This document shows, one piece after another, positions 51,916 to 62,096 of a stretch of DNA of 64,000 nt. The stretch is from a candidate division FCPU426 bacterium (GTDB lineage: Bacteria; Oederibacteriota; Muellerivitia; Muellerivitales; Muellerivitaceae), in assembly GCA_963796105.1 (NCBI GenBank), contig CAWCKJ010000012.1, positions 224,001 to 288,000 on the forward strand. Direction: 5' to 3'. Within the stretch, counting starts at the first letter, position 1. Every line of letters begins with the position of its first letter. The translations under genes and the position numbers were made by a program. The notes under the pieces are model-generated. The model worked only from the letters and a program-made list of their open reading frames with translations. It was not told where the DNA came from and made no database searches.

Positions 51916-52410
51916 TCACCGGCTCCTGGAAAAGTCATATTTTTGCTTCAATTGCCACACGATGGTATCCACATCCTGCGAAATTTCCACAACAATTGCG
52001 TCTGTTGGCTCTTCCAATTCCTCAAACTGGCTTTCTAACAATTCCGGGTTGAAATAATGCCCTTTTCGGTTCTTGAGGCGTTCACAGATAAGGGTGAAAG
52101 TGCCCTTTAAAAACACGAAATGGATTTTCCCGTTCCTGGATAATCGCGTCCGGTACTTTTTTCGCAAAGCGGAGCAAGCCAGGACAAGGTTTTTTCCATC
52201 AGCTTCCCAATCCCGGATCAAGTCGGATAGAACCTTAAGCCAGGGCTTACGATCGATGTCGGTTAAGGCTTGGCCTCGTTTCATTTTTTCCCTGTTTGCC
52301 ACTGTGTGAAAATCATCCGCGTCAAAAAAGGGGCAGGAAAGAATCCGGGCAAGCTCTTTTCCCACTGTTGTCTTACCGCATCCAGCGACTCCCATCAAAA
52401 GAATCACCAT
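51916..52410 (-). CDS. gntK: Gluconokinase (GntK/IdnK type)
   Basis: MGVAGCGKTT, DADDFH, LACSALRKKYR and LLESQF. Confidence 0.92.
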   Translation of the reverse strand: MVILLMGVAGCGKTTVGKELARILSCPFFDADDFHTVANREKMKRGQALTDIDRKPWLKVLSDLIRDWEADGKNLVLACSALRKKYRTRLSRNGKIHFVFLKGTFTLICERLKNRKGHYFNPELLESQFEELEEPTDAIVVEISQDVDTIVWQLKQKYDFSRSR

Positions 52411-52419
52411 ATCGGCTCC

Positions 52420-53178
52420 TCATGCCCCGATCATCTTCAGAAAAAACTCGACGGTCATCAATTTTTTACCCACTGTATATTCCAAATATTCTAAAAGGCT
52501 CAAGAGCATACTCCGAAAGTTGGCGGACGCACTATGGATGACATGAGCCCGTTCCAGGGGAAGGCTTCGAAGGCGCTTCAGAATTTCCAATTCCCTTGGG
52601 CCGACCCGCAAGGGCCCTGGCCCGGAGGGGCAGCAATTTCCGCAAAGAGCTCCACCCCTGTGTGAAATCAAAAATGTGTTTTTTTTCAAAAGAGATTCCC
52701 CGCATTCAGCGCAGCGGTCCAGCTCCAGGGGAAATCCCGACAATTCGATAAATTGAAGACAAAATGCCGTGAGGATTTGCTCACTCGATCCTGGATATTT
52801 CCGGAAGGCGGTCAAGGTCTCCTTCAAAAGTTTATACAACTCTCTGTTTGGTTCCTGATCCGGGAGCGCTTGAATCAGGATGTCAGCCAATACCTGGAGC
52901 AGGGCGAGCGTCGCTAGTCCCGTTTTCAATTCATGGTGGTCATCCAAAACTTTGGCCTGGGAAATCACGAACAAATCCCCGCCCTGACGGCGAATCAAAA
53001 TAAAATTGGCTTCGGTAAAAGGCTCCAAAGCCGCGGCCAGACGACTGCGGGGTTTACGGGCCCCCTTGGCGAAAGCCCGGATTTTACCGGCCTGGAGGGA
53101 ATAGATCTGGACGATTTTGTCCGACTCGGAATGGGGAAAAGCGCTCAAAACCAACCCGCGCACCGGAAGGAAGGCCAA
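52420..53178 (-). CDS. recO: DNA repair protein RecO
   Basis: ESDKIV, AKGARKPRSRL and Zn motif CAEC...CGNC. Confidence 0.93.
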   Translation of the reverse strand: MAFLPVRGLVLSAFPHSESDKIVQIYSLQAGKIRAFAKGARKPRSRLAAALEPFTEANFILIRRQGGDLFVISQAKVLDDHHELKTGLATLALLQVLADILIQALPDQEPNRELYKLLKETLTAFRKYPGSSEQILTAFCLQFIELSGFPLELDRCAECGESLLKKNTFLISHRGGALCGNCCPSGPGPLRVGPRELEILKRLRSLPLERAHVIHSASANFRSMLLSLLEYLEYTVGKKLMTVEFFLKMIGA

Positions 53179-53181
53179 GTT

Positions 53182-54087
53182 TTAACTTTCCCCTTCATGA
53201 GCGAACTCGATGGAAAGCGCCGGGAAATAAACCCACACCATTGTGGCCATCGTAAGATTGATCAAAAGTTCCAACAAGAGGAATAAAAATCCGATAAAGG
53301 GGGTATGCCGCAGCAAGTTAAAGACCGTTTGGTAAGCGATGGAGAAGATCAGATAAGCCAATAAAATCAAAAGGATACTCCAAACCACTCGCCCATAGTG
53401 CTCCAGGCATTTATGAATGCTTGATTTAAGGCCCCTGAAAACCCCGCCATCTTTTACGAGATAAGCAGCGGACATTAAAAAATAAACATGGAAACCCAAG
53501 GCCATGAAAACTCCTGCCGCGAGGAAAGGCAATATCAACAAAAACCCCATAACCACAAGGCCGATCCCCTTGAGGAAAACCCCGATCACTACGGTGATTA
53601 GGATTAAGATAGCCCCGAAAATCAAGCCGCTGAAAATAAACAAGAACCCCAGGCCAAGCATGGATGGAAAGAAGAACAATCCTCCCTTTAGGAAATTCAC
53701 CAGGGAAAATGTCGAACCCTTTTGCCTGTATTCCTCGATTTGCTTGAAAAGGGCCCCAGTAAAGAAGACCTCAAACAAAAACCACCAAACGAGATAAATC
53801 AATAAAAGCACCAGGGCGGTCCAGATAAAATCCGGCTTCTGGAGAAATGGACGAAAATCGAAATTCTTGAAGACTTGCTGGTAATCATCCGGATCCGTGT
53901 CCTTAAAAAAGTTGAATAACTGTCCCAATAAGGGTCCAAGGGCGAGGGCCAGGCAAAAAATCATGGACATAAAATTCAGGACGATAAAAACGAACCGGAC
54001 CAGAAACAACGGCCAAAGCGCGATGCCAGTCTTCCAGCCCCTTCCATAAACTTCTGAAATCGGGGGGAGGAATAATTCGTCTTTCAT
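53182..54087 (-). CDS. Hypothetical polytopic membrane protein
   Basis: About 6 TM segments; in the yajQ-recO operon. Confidence 0.7.
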   Translation of the reverse strand: MKDELFLPPISEVYGRGWKTGIALWPLFLVRFVFIVLNFMSMIFCLALALGPLLGQLFNFFKDTDPDDYQQVFKNFDFRPFLQKPDFIWTALVLLLIYLVWWFLFEVFFTGALFKQIEEYRQKGSTFSLVNFLKGGLFFFPSMLGLGFLFIFSGLIFGAILILITVVIGVFLKGIGLVVMGFLLILPFLAAGVFMALGFHVYFLMSAAYLVKDGGVFRGLKSSIHKCLEHYGRVVWSILLILLAYLIFSIAYQTVFNLLRHTPFIGFLFLLLELLINLTMATMVWVYFPALSIEFAHEGES

Positions 54088-54099
54088 AGAAGCCTTTTT

Positions 54100-54600
54100 T
54101 TAGCGGTAATTGTTGAATTGAAGAGGAATCTTGATGTCTTGGGCGGCCTTGAGCAATTGAATGGCGTTCTGCAGGTCGTCCTTGGCTTTGCTGGAAACCC
54201 GCACTTTCTCCTCGGTGATTTGAACCTGCACCTTGAGCTTCGAATCCTTGATCAGCCTGACGATTTCCTTGCAGGTTTCCATGGGGATTCCGCTGACGAT
54301 CTTGACCTTCTGGTTGACGGTACCGCTGAAAGCCGATTCCATTTTTTGGAAATCCAGCGCCCTGGGCGAAATATTCCTTTTAACGAATTTCCCCTTCAGC
54401 ACATCCACGACGGCTTTGAGCCGGGATTCATCGTCGGAAACGATCTCCAATTCCTTGACGGTCTTGTTCAAGGTGATCTTGCTGATGCTTCCCTTGAAAT
54501 CATACCTCTGAGAAATCTCCTTCATCGACTGGTTGACCGCGTTGTCAACTTCCTGGAGATCCACTTCGGAAACAACATCGAAGGAAAAAGTATCGGCCAT
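54100..54600 (-). CDS. yajQ: YajQ-family nucleotide/c-di-GMP-binding protein
   Basis: SFDVVSEVDLQEVDNA, RYDFKG and LQFNNYR; start 54600. Confidence 0.95.
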   Translation of the reverse strand: MADTFSFDVVSEVDLQEVDNAVNQSMKEISQRYDFKGSISKITLNKTVKELEIVSDDESRLKAVVDVLKGKFVKRNISPRALDFQKMESAFSGTVNQKVKIVSGIPMETCKEIVRLIKDSKLKVQVQITEEKVRVSSKAKDDLQNAIQLLKAAQDIKIPLQFNNYR

Positions 54601-54719
54601 TGAAAACCTCGATCTCCCTTGTAACAAATTCCCCGCGTTGTTGGCCCTCTTTTAGGGATATATTGGGGGGCTCACAAGGGCTTTTAAAATTACAACTTCA
54701 AAATAATTAACTATTATTA

Positions 54720-55610
54720 TCAGGTCCCGCTTCCATCAGCCTCGGTCCCTGAAACTCCTTGGGAACTGGGCGGCAGTGTAAGCTCAAGAACTTGTCCCGT
54801 CGCTCCTAGGACGCCAAGTGGTTTTCCATTGAACTGGACATCCACTCCCCCAGCGTTGCCTAGTTTCAAGGTAAAGCTTTTCAAGGCCTTGTAGGTCTTG
54901 ATCTCACCGGGGGCTAATTCAACGTCAGAACCCGCCTGGTTCCCGTCCATCTTGACGCGGAACCAGCATTTCTCAAGGCCCTTCAGCACCAAGTGCTGGT
55001 ACTTATCCTCCACTTGTCCCGCGGCATAGGGGTCTTGGTAAACAATCCCCCCCTTCGCCTCTTTCGAGTGCATTTTCGAGAGGAAGTCATTTCCATATTT
55101 CCAGCCCAGAAAACCCAGGAGCAGGACGATCAGGATCAAGCCAACCCGGTTAATCCAGGGGGTCCAATCGGACTTACGCAGGGCGCTCAACCTTTGCCGG
55201 ACAATCGCCGGCTGCCTGGGCATGGTGCTCTCAGTTCGCTCCTCCTCCACGAACTCCAGGTTTAATTCACTGGAATGGTCTGAAAGCCGGTAAACGGGCT
55301 GGCGATGAAGGGTGGACTTCCACCCGAAAGCCTTTTCCAGCTCCACTTCCGCGTTCATGGGCTGGATCCTCATTTCCTCTGGGGTGAATTCAGCGTTAAA
55401 CCGCCTGGTTAAATGCATCGGATCCAGGCCCACGATCTTGGCATAGGCGCGGATGAAACCCTTCGCGTAAACCTGGGATGGAAAAACCTCAAAACGGTCC
55501 TCCTCGATGGACTCCAGGTATTTGACGGGAATCCTGGTTTTTTGGGATATTTCCTCCAGGGAAATTTTTTTCGAGATTCTGGCTTCCTTCAAATCCGTGC
55601 CGAGGCTCAT
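54720..55610 (-). CDS. rodZ: RodZ-like HTH/TM/DUF4115 protein
   Basis: HTH with YAKGFIRAYAKIVGLD, one TM segment and LKLGNAGGV C-terminal domain. Confidence 0.85.
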   Translation of the reverse strand: MSLGTDLKEARISKKISLEEISQKTRIPVKYLESIEEDRFEVFPSQVYAKGFIRAYAKIVGLDPMHLTRRFNAEFTPEEMRIQPMNAEVELEKAFGWKSTLHRQPVYRLSDHSSELNLEFVEEERTESTMPRQPAIVRQRLSALRKSDWTPWINRVGLILIVLLLGFLGWKYGNDFLSKMHSKEAKGGIVYQDPYAAGQVEDKYQHLVLKGLEKCWFRVKMDGNQAGSDVELAPGEIKTYKALKSFTLKLGNAGGVDVQFNGKPLGVLGATGQVLELTLPPSSQGVSGTEADGSGT

Positions 55611-56329
55611 TAGAATATCTCTCCTTCCACCACCTGCGTCCCCGCCGGCGGCTCAAATTGGAATAATTGGTCCGAAAGTCCTTTGTTGAATTGGAAGTTA
55701 TTGAAACGCGCCTTGGTCTCCATGGAGGGATTGACCATCTCCATCTGGCTGGGCCACCAGTCCTTTTTTCGGATATAAACTTTCATGCTGTCGAAACCCG
55801 CGTCCGTGGAAAGGGGGTGGAATAAAAGCCCCACCTCGTTCCCATCGTTCTTGAAAATGGTGACCCGGCTGATATCGATGTACTTTTTTAACTCTTTTCC
55901 GACACCCAGGTAAACGGGGGCAGAATGCCCTTTTTTCTTCTGGCGCTGTTCATAAACCATCTTCTGGTCGGGCTGGTACATTTGGAGAAGATCCCCTTGG
56001 GCGTACAGGAACTGCTCAGTGGGCTTGGTATAGTGGACGAAAATCTTATCGGGCGTCTTGATCTTGATCGCCCCCTTGGAGGATTGTTTCTGGTTGGAAA
56101 GGGAGTCCTTCATTTCCATGCTCAAGTCCATCTGCACATCCTTGACGGAAGTCTGGGCCTCCTCGACTTTCTTGGAAACTTCCTCTACCGTCAGTTCTTT
56201 CTTTGCCGCAGCGTCCGCCCAAAGCCTCGCGCCGGGAAATAGGGTTGAACAGGCTGTCAAACCCAGGATGAGGAACAGGCATTTCAAGGATAATGAAACC
56301 TGAAAATATTTTTCAATCCAACTTATCAT
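55610..56329 (-). CDS. lolA: LolA-family outer-membrane lipoprotein carrier
   Basis: Signal peptide, HYTKPTEQ, LFQFEPPAGTQVV ending and position after ftsK; start uncertain. Confidence 0.8.
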   Translation of the reverse strand: MISWIEKYFQVSLSLKCLFLILGLTACSTLFPGARLWADAAAKKELTVEEVSKKVEEAQTSVKDVQMDLSMEMKDSLSNQKQSSKGAIKIKTPDKIFVHYTKPTEQFLYAQGDLLQMYQPDQKMVYEQRQKKKGHSAPVYLGVGKELKKYIDISRVTIFKNDGNEVGLLFHPLSTDAGFDSMKVYIRKKDWWPSQMEMVNPSMETKARFNNFQFNKGLSDQLFQFEPPAGTQVVEGEIF

Positions 56330-58775
56330 CCAGAGTCTCCTCCGCGAACTCACCATCCGAATCGCTGGCACCGGGGGCGAGAATCTTTCTGGGTTTATTT
56401 CCGTCGGCTGGCCCCACCAAGCCCCGGACCTCCATGTCATCCAAAAGCCGCGCCGCGCGGCTATAGCCTACCTTGAGACGCCGCTGTAGCAGCGAGGTGG
56501 ATGCCTGTTTTGCCTTGATGACTATTTCCAAGGCCTCGTCGAACAGCTCATCATCGCTTTCCTCGGTGACCACGTCCCCCCTGGACTTGGAGGCCTCTAA
56601 GTCGGCCAAATAAACGGGCCCTCCCTGGGATTTCCAGTAGTCCGTCAGGCGCTCGATTTCCTCCAACGTAACATAGGCCCCTTGAAGCCGCAAGGGCTTG
56701 GGGGACCCCGAAGCCAAATACAGCATATCGCCCCTGCCTAAAAGAGCCTCGGCGCCGTTCATATCCAATATCGTACGTGAATCAACTTTGGAAAAGACTT
56801 GGAACGCGATTCGCGTCGGAAAATTCGCCTTGATGATGCCGGTAATGACCTCAACGGAGGGCCTTTGGGTGGCCAAGACCAAATGGATCCCCACCGCCCG
56901 CGCCATTTGGGCCAGCCTCGTGATGGAATCCTCCACCTGATCCTTGGCGGCCATGATGAGGTCAGCCAGCTCATCCACCAAAACGACGATGTAATACATG
57001 GGATAAGCGTCAGTCTCCCCTGACTCCCTCTTCACCAATATTTTCGCGTTAAAGGTGTCAATATCCCTGGCCCCCAGGTGAGCCAGGATCTGGTAGCGCG
57101 TCTCCATCTCCTGGACCAGCCACTTCAGGGCCGAGTTGGCCTGTTTGGAATCGTTCACAACCGGGAGGGCCAAGTGGGGCAGATCCTTGTAGATAGCCAT
57201 TTCCACTCTCTTGGGATCGACCATCACCAGCCTTAATTCCTCGGGAGTGTACCTGAAAAGAAGGCTGGCGATGATGGTGTTCACGCAAACGCTTTTTCCG
57301 GATCCGGTGGAACCGGCGATCAGGACATGGGGCATCTCTTTGATGGAGGCGTTGCAGGAGGCCCCGGCGATATCCTTGCCTAGGGCGACCAGCAGTTTCT
57401 TGGAGGAAGCCGCGAACTCCTCCTGCGCGATGAGTTCCTTCAAGGTGACGATGCGTCCCTTGCTGTTGGGAACCTCCACGCCGACCGCCGCCTTTCCAGG
57501 GATGGGAGCCACGATACGCAAGTGGCCGCATTGAAGGGCTAGGGCCAGGTCATCAGCCAGGGAAGAGATACTGGTGATCTTGACTCCCGCCGCCGGCTGG
57601 ACCTCGTACTGTGTGACCGTAGGTCCCGGATTCACGCCCACCACCTTGGCTTCCACCCCGAAATTTTTGAGGGTCTCCACGATGGTATGGCTGACCGCCT
57701 CGAAATCGTCCACGACCCGTTCCTTGGTCTCTTCGGCGGTTTTTAGGATGTGGACTTCCGGAAGTTTCCATTGGCGGATGACCCGAACCGGCTTGGAGGG
57801 CTCCGGCTCTTGGTCACTCGAATCATCTTCCTCATCCGCCATTTCAATGCTGGCCGCTTCCATTTTTTGCCGGAGCGTCATGGGATCCTGGCTCTTAGCT
57901 TCGGCCATGGCGGCTGACACCAAATCCTCTTCGTCTCCAGTTGTTACAACTGGTTCAGTCGCTGTTTCGGCCTCCCCGGTGAAAAGAGACCGACCTTTGG
58001 GTTCCGGGATAGATTTGACAACTGTTGATGTCTTTGCGTTTTTAGTTAATGAAGGAACAACAACGGCCTTCGGAGGTTGTGGCGCGATCCCCTTTCCAGG
58101 CTTTTCCTGGGTTAGTGTTCCCCCCTCCAATTTTCGATGGGCTTCCTCGGCTACTTTTCTTGACTCCCGATGGGATTTCCATTCCGCCAAAGATTCCCGA
58201 AGTCTTTCTTGCAAGAGTGTCAGGGTTTTGAACCCATTTTCGCTTAAAAAGGAGAAACCTCTTCCGAATCCATCTAACACACCCCTGGCGACATTGATCA
58301 GGTGGCCTTCCTTCTCAAGAAACCACGCGGAAAGCACCAACACCAGGAAACAAACAATAAAGGTCCCAAACCTGGTTAAGGCCGCTTCCATCCAATCCCC
58401 GGTCAAAGCCCCCAATTTCCCGCCCCATTCCATGCCCTCCCTCATCTGGGAAGATGAAAACATCTGGACATTGGGAAATAGGTCGTGCAAAGCGGTGCAA
58501 ATGGAAAGAAGTCCTAGAACCAAACCGAGGATTTTCAACCCCGGTTTTTTAAGAGGATTGTCTTGAAAGCGGGAATAGGCGAAGAGAAAAAGCGCCGCTG
58601 GAAAAACCCAGGCGCAAAGACCGAAGCTCAGATAGAGGAAATAAGAGGTGTAAGCCCCGGCATTGCCCAGAAGATTGGGTTTTACACCGGTCGGGACCAA
58701 GGCTAAGGCGATTAAAAGCCCAAAACTTCCCGAAAGAAAAACCACCAGGAAATGGTGACGGCTATCTTTGGCCAT
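56313..58775 (-). CDS. ftsK: DNA translocase FtsK
   Basis: N-terminal TM domain, AGSTGSGKS, VDELADL, ARAVGIHLVLATQRPS and gamma domain LLQRRLKVGYSRAAR. Confidence 0.97.
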   Translation of the reverse strand: MAKDSRHHFLVVFLSGSFGLLIALALVPTGVKPNLLGNAGAYTSYFLYLSFGLCAWVFPAALFLFAYSRFQDNPLKKPGLKILGLVLGLLSICTALHDLFPNVQMFSSSQMREGMEWGGKLGALTGDWMEAALTRFGTFIVCFLVLVLSAWFLEKEGHLINVARGVLDGFGRGFSFLSENGFKTLTLLQERLRESLAEWKSHRESRKVAEEAHRKLEGGTLTQEKPGKGIAPQPPKAVVVPSLTKNAKTSTVVKSIPEPKGRSLFTGEAETATEPVVTTGDEEDLVSAAMAEAKSQDPMTLRQKMEAASIEMADEEDDSSDQEPEPSKPVRVIRQWKLPEVHILKTAEETKERVVDDFEAVSHTIVETLKNFGVEAKVVGVNPGPTVTQYEVQPAAGVKITSISSLADDLALALQCGHLRIVAPIPGKAAVGVEVPNSKGRIVTLKELIAQEEFAASSKKLLVALGKDIAGASCNASIKEMPHVLIAGSTGSGKSVCVNTIIASLLFRYTPEELRLVMVDPKRVEMAIYKDLPHLALPVVNDSKQANSALKWLVQEMETRYQILAHLGARDIDTFNAKILVKRESGETDAYPMYYIVVLVDELADLIMAAKDQVEDSITRLAQMARAVGIHLVLATQRPSVEVITGIIKANFPTRIAFQVFSKVDSRTILDMNGAEALLGRGDMLYLASGSPKPLRLQGAYVTLEEIERLTDYWKSQGGPVYLADLEASKSRGDVVTEESDDELFDEALEIVIKAKQASTSLLQRRLKVGYSRAARLLDDMEVRGLVGPADGNKPRKILAPGASDSDGEFAEETLDDKLD

Positions 58776-59096
58776 CAAATCCTCGAAATGGGGCTGGAAA
58801 GCCCCGGGATAAAGTTTTTAATGGAGTAGGCGGGAAATAATTCATTCTGGAGGCTAAGTATAGCCGATTGACGGGAAAAATAAAAAATAAATGTCCTTCC
58901 GCTGGTACACCTGCTCCAGCCCCTTCCCGGTTGAATCAGAAGGAGAAAGCAAGGAATGAATTTTCATGATTAAATGCCGCTTCCCTCTGGAAACGATTTC
59001 ACCCCCTGAAAGTTCTCACCCTCTAATTCAGGTGTAAGTCAATTGGGCTTGCGGTTAAAATAAAATTCGCTCCGAATCCCTCTCCAAGGCGGACTC

Positions 59097-60008
59097 GTGT
59101 TTCTTCAGATCGCAATGAACGTCATCCTTCCCATATTCCTCGTGATGGGACTGGGCTATCTTCTCTCGAAATCCTTCACCTTGGACCTGGGAACCCTTTC
59201 CAAGCTGAACTTCTATGTGTTCATTCCCGTCTTCATGTTCTACAGCCTGCTGGTCTTTAAGCCGGGCGGCCGGGAAATGGCCATGACGATCCTGTTTAAT
59301 TTTCTCCTGGCGGCGCTGGCTTTCCTGGTCATGGCGGGCCTTACCCGCATCCTGGGATTCGAGCCCAAAATGGCGGCTTCCTCCATCCTGGCCGTCATGG
59401 TCTTCAACTCGGCGAACTACGGCATTCCGGTGGTTCAACTGGCGTTCCAAGGGGAAGGAGTGGCCATCCAGGTCATCACCATCACCGCCATGAACATTCT
59501 CACCTATACCTTCGGCGTCCTGATCGCCGGCGGTTGGGGCCAATGGCGCAAGGGCTTGCGCACCATCCTCACTCTTCCCGTCCTCTACGCTCTCGTAGCG
59601 GCGCTGGTTTTGAGGGCTTTGGATCTACGGTTGCCCGATCCTGTGATGTCTTCCCTCAAATGGACTTCCGAGGGGATGCTTTCCATCGCCTTGATCACCC
59701 TGGGGGCCCAATTGGGACGGGAAGGAATATCCTTGCGGCATCCCAGGGAATTATGGGTCACGATAGCTTCCCGTCTGATTTTGGGCCCGTTTTTGGCGCT
59801 TCTCCTGCTTCACCTGCTGGGAATCCAGGGCCTTTTGGCCAAGGTTCTTTTCGTTTCAAGCGCCTTCCCCACCGCTGTCATCACCGTCATGTTCGGCATC
59901 GAGTATGATAAGGAGCCTGTTTTCGCCGCGGACGTTGCGTTCATGACAACCCTTCTTTCGGCGGTCACGGTAACAGCCGCCATCAGTCTTTCTTCGGTCT
60001 TGTTTTAA
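59097..60008 (+). CDS. AEC-family (auxin efflux/malate permease) transporter
   Basis: ILPIFLVMGLGY, NSANYGIPV, ALITLGAQL and AFPTAV. Confidence 0.88.
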   Translation: MFLQIAMNVILPIFLVMGLGYLLSKSFTLDLGTLSKLNFYVFIPVFMFYSLLVFKPGGREMAMTILFNFLLAALAFLVMAGLTRILGFEPKMAASSILAVMVFNSANYGIPVVQLAFQGEGVAIQVITITAMNILTYTFGVLIAGGWGQWRKGLRTILTLPVLYALVAALVLRALDLRLPDPVMSSLKWTSEGMLSIALITLGAQLGREGISLRHPRELWVTIASRLILGPFLALLLLHLLGIQGLLAKVLFVSSAFPTAVITVMFGIEYDKEPVFAADVAFMTTLLSAVTVTAAISLSSVLF

Positions 60009-60023
60009 AGTAAAGGAATTCGG

Positions 60024-60164
60024 ATGAGGCAACAGGCCAAAAAGATTCGAAAAACACGAAAGTCCTCCACGCAGGAGAAGGATTTATGGAAAAACCCATC
60101 CTATAAAAACATGCTGAATCCCTATGAGAGCAAGTATCCGCAGCAAAAGAAAAAAAGCAGATAG
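60024..60164 (+). CDS. Small basic protein (46 aa)
   Basis: AAAGGA SD; MRQQAKKIRKTRKSSTQEKDLWKNPSYKNMLNPYESKYPQQKKKSR; fills the gap between the transporter and uidA. Confidence 0.4.
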   Translation: MRQQAKKIRKTRKSSTQEKDLWKNPSYKNMLNPYESKYPQQKKKSR

Positions 60165-60201
60165 CCGGTCTTCCGGCAAAACCCCGCTATTGAGGTGTTT
60201 T

Positions 60202-61938
60202 ATGCTCTATCCGCAATCCAACCGCTACCGGCAAGTCAAGGACATTTCCGGTTTCTGGGATTTCAAGCTGGACCCTTCGGATCATGGAATTAAAAATGGA
60301 TGGACGAAGGGTTTTACGGGAGGAAGATGGATCGGAGTGCCGGCCAGTTGGAACGATCAATTCGAGGATACAAGGGACTACCTTGGGACGGCCTGGTATC
60401 AAACCCGTTTTGACCGCCCACACGGCTCGGAAAATCAAAGGGTTTTCTTGAGGTTCAATTCCATCAACTACCTGGCGGAGGTTTGGCTGAATGGAAGAAA
60501 GCTGGGTTCCCATGAGGGCGGGCATCTTCCATTTACCTTTGAGATAACCCGAGAATTGAAAACCGAAAAAAACCTATTGGTCATCCGGGTGGACGGAGAG
60601 TTAGCACCGGACCGGGTCCCTCCCGGAAATGTTCCCTTCGACCCCAAGGACTCCTTCGGCAACGCGTTCAATCCTCCTGCCTCTTTCGACTTCTTTCCCT
60701 ACTGCGGTATTCAAAGATCCGTGCTTTTATACACTACCCCGGAAAAATTCATAAATGACCTGACCATTACAACCGAAATCTCAGGATCGACTGGGCACGT
60801 GAATATCCAATTAGACGCCGAGTCACAAGCACCCATGAAAACCAAGGTCACCTTGGAAGGATTCGGACAGGAAATTTCCTCCGAAGGACCGATGGTGAAG
60901 GGCGCCTCCCAAATCCGAATAACCGTACCCAAGGCCAAGTTTTGGTCCCCAGCCGAGCCTCACCTTTACAATTTGAAGGTGGAACTGTTAGCAGGAAATA
61001 ACGAGGTGGACGGCTATTTCCTTCCGGTTGGAATCAGGACTATCCATGTCAAAAATGGAATACTTTTATTGAATGGCAAAACTATTTTCTTGAAGGGCTT
61101 CGGCCGGCATGAGGATTTTCCGGTAGTGGGACGATATGTTCCCCGGGCGGTCATCGTGAAGGATTTCGATATGATGCGCTGGACCGGCGCTAATTCCTTC
61201 CGCACAACCCATTATCCCTATGATGAGTCCAACCTCAGCCTGGCGGACAAGCTGGGCTTTCTGGTCATCGACGAAACGCCCGCTGTCGGCCTCTTCTTCA
61301 ATCCCAAGGGCCTTAAAAAACGCCTGAGCCTTTGCCGCCAGTACACCCGGGAATTGATCGATCGGGATAAAAACCATCCGAGCGTCATTCTTTGGAGCCT
61401 GGCCAACGAACCCCATTCCAAAAAACCGGCGGCTTTGGGCTTTTTCAAAAGCCTGGCCTCCCTGGCCCGCGAATTGGATCCTTCCCGCCCCTTGACCTTG
61501 GCAAGTTACCTCGGCCAGGAAGAGAAAGCCTTCCAGTTCTTGGACGTGGTCTGCGTGAACCGTTATTACGGCTGGTACACCGAACCGGGGGATTTGGAAA
61601 AAGGCTGCCGGCGCCTCTCAAAAGACCTGGACGATATTTACAAGCGGTTCAAGAAGCCTGTCCTCATGACGGAGTTCGGGGCTGATGCCCTGCCGGGCCA
61701 TCACGCGGAACCTCCCGAGATGTTCTCGGAGGAATACCAAGCCGAAATGATTCACCGCTATTTAAAGGTTTTAAACAGTAAGCCTTATGTAACAGGGGCT
61801 CATGTCTGGAACCTTTGCGATTTTAAGACCGCCCAGGGAACCCACCGGCCAGGCGCGACTAATTGGAAAGGCGTCTTTACCCGCGACCGAAAGCCAAAAA
61901 TGGCGGCCCATCTGTTGAGAAAACTCTGGTCAAAATAA
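60202..61938 (+). CDS. uidA: Beta-glucuronidase (GH2)
   Basis: MLYPQ start, DFFPYCGIQR, GFGRHED, WSLANEP, NRYYGWY, MTEFGAD and N-x-K motif (NWKGVFTRDRKPK). Confidence 0.92.
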   Translation: MLYPQSNRYRQVKDISGFWDFKLDPSDHGIKNGWTKGFTGGRWIGVPASWNDQFEDTRDYLGTAWYQTRFDRPHGSENQRVFLRFNSINYLAEVWLNGRKLGSHEGGHLPFTFEITRELKTEKNLLVIRVDGELAPDRVPPGNVPFDPKDSFGNAFNPPASFDFFPYCGIQRSVLLYTTPEKFINDLTITTEISGSTGHVNIQLDAESQAPMKTKVTLEGFGQEISSEGPMVKGASQIRITVPKAKFWSPAEPHLYNLKVELLAGNNEVDGYFLPVGIRTIHVKNGILLLNGKTIFLKGFGRHEDFPVVGRYVPRAVIVKDFDMMRWTGANSFRTTHYPYDESNLSLADKLGFLVIDETPAVGLFFNPKGLKKRLSLCRQYTRELIDRDKNHPSVILWSLANEPHSKKPAALGFFKSLASLARELDPSRPLTLASYLGQEEKAFQFLDVVCVNRYYGWYTEPGDLEKGCRRLSKDLDDIYKRFKKPVLMTEFGADALPGHHAEPPEMFSEEYQAEMIHRYLKVLNSKPYVTGAHVWNLCDFKTAQGTHRPGATNWKGVFTRDRKPKMAAHLLRKLWSK

Positions 61939-62096
61939 TAAACAAGCAATCTCTGAAAAAATCGGTTCTCGTCACCTTCTTCAGAAAAACATTTTTGAGA
62001 ACCCCGCATTTTATTGTGGAAATCTGAGAGGTCGGTACCTAGGTGGGCCGCTTATAAATAGTTTTACAGAGGTTTCGGGTTTTTAGAAAAATTTCC

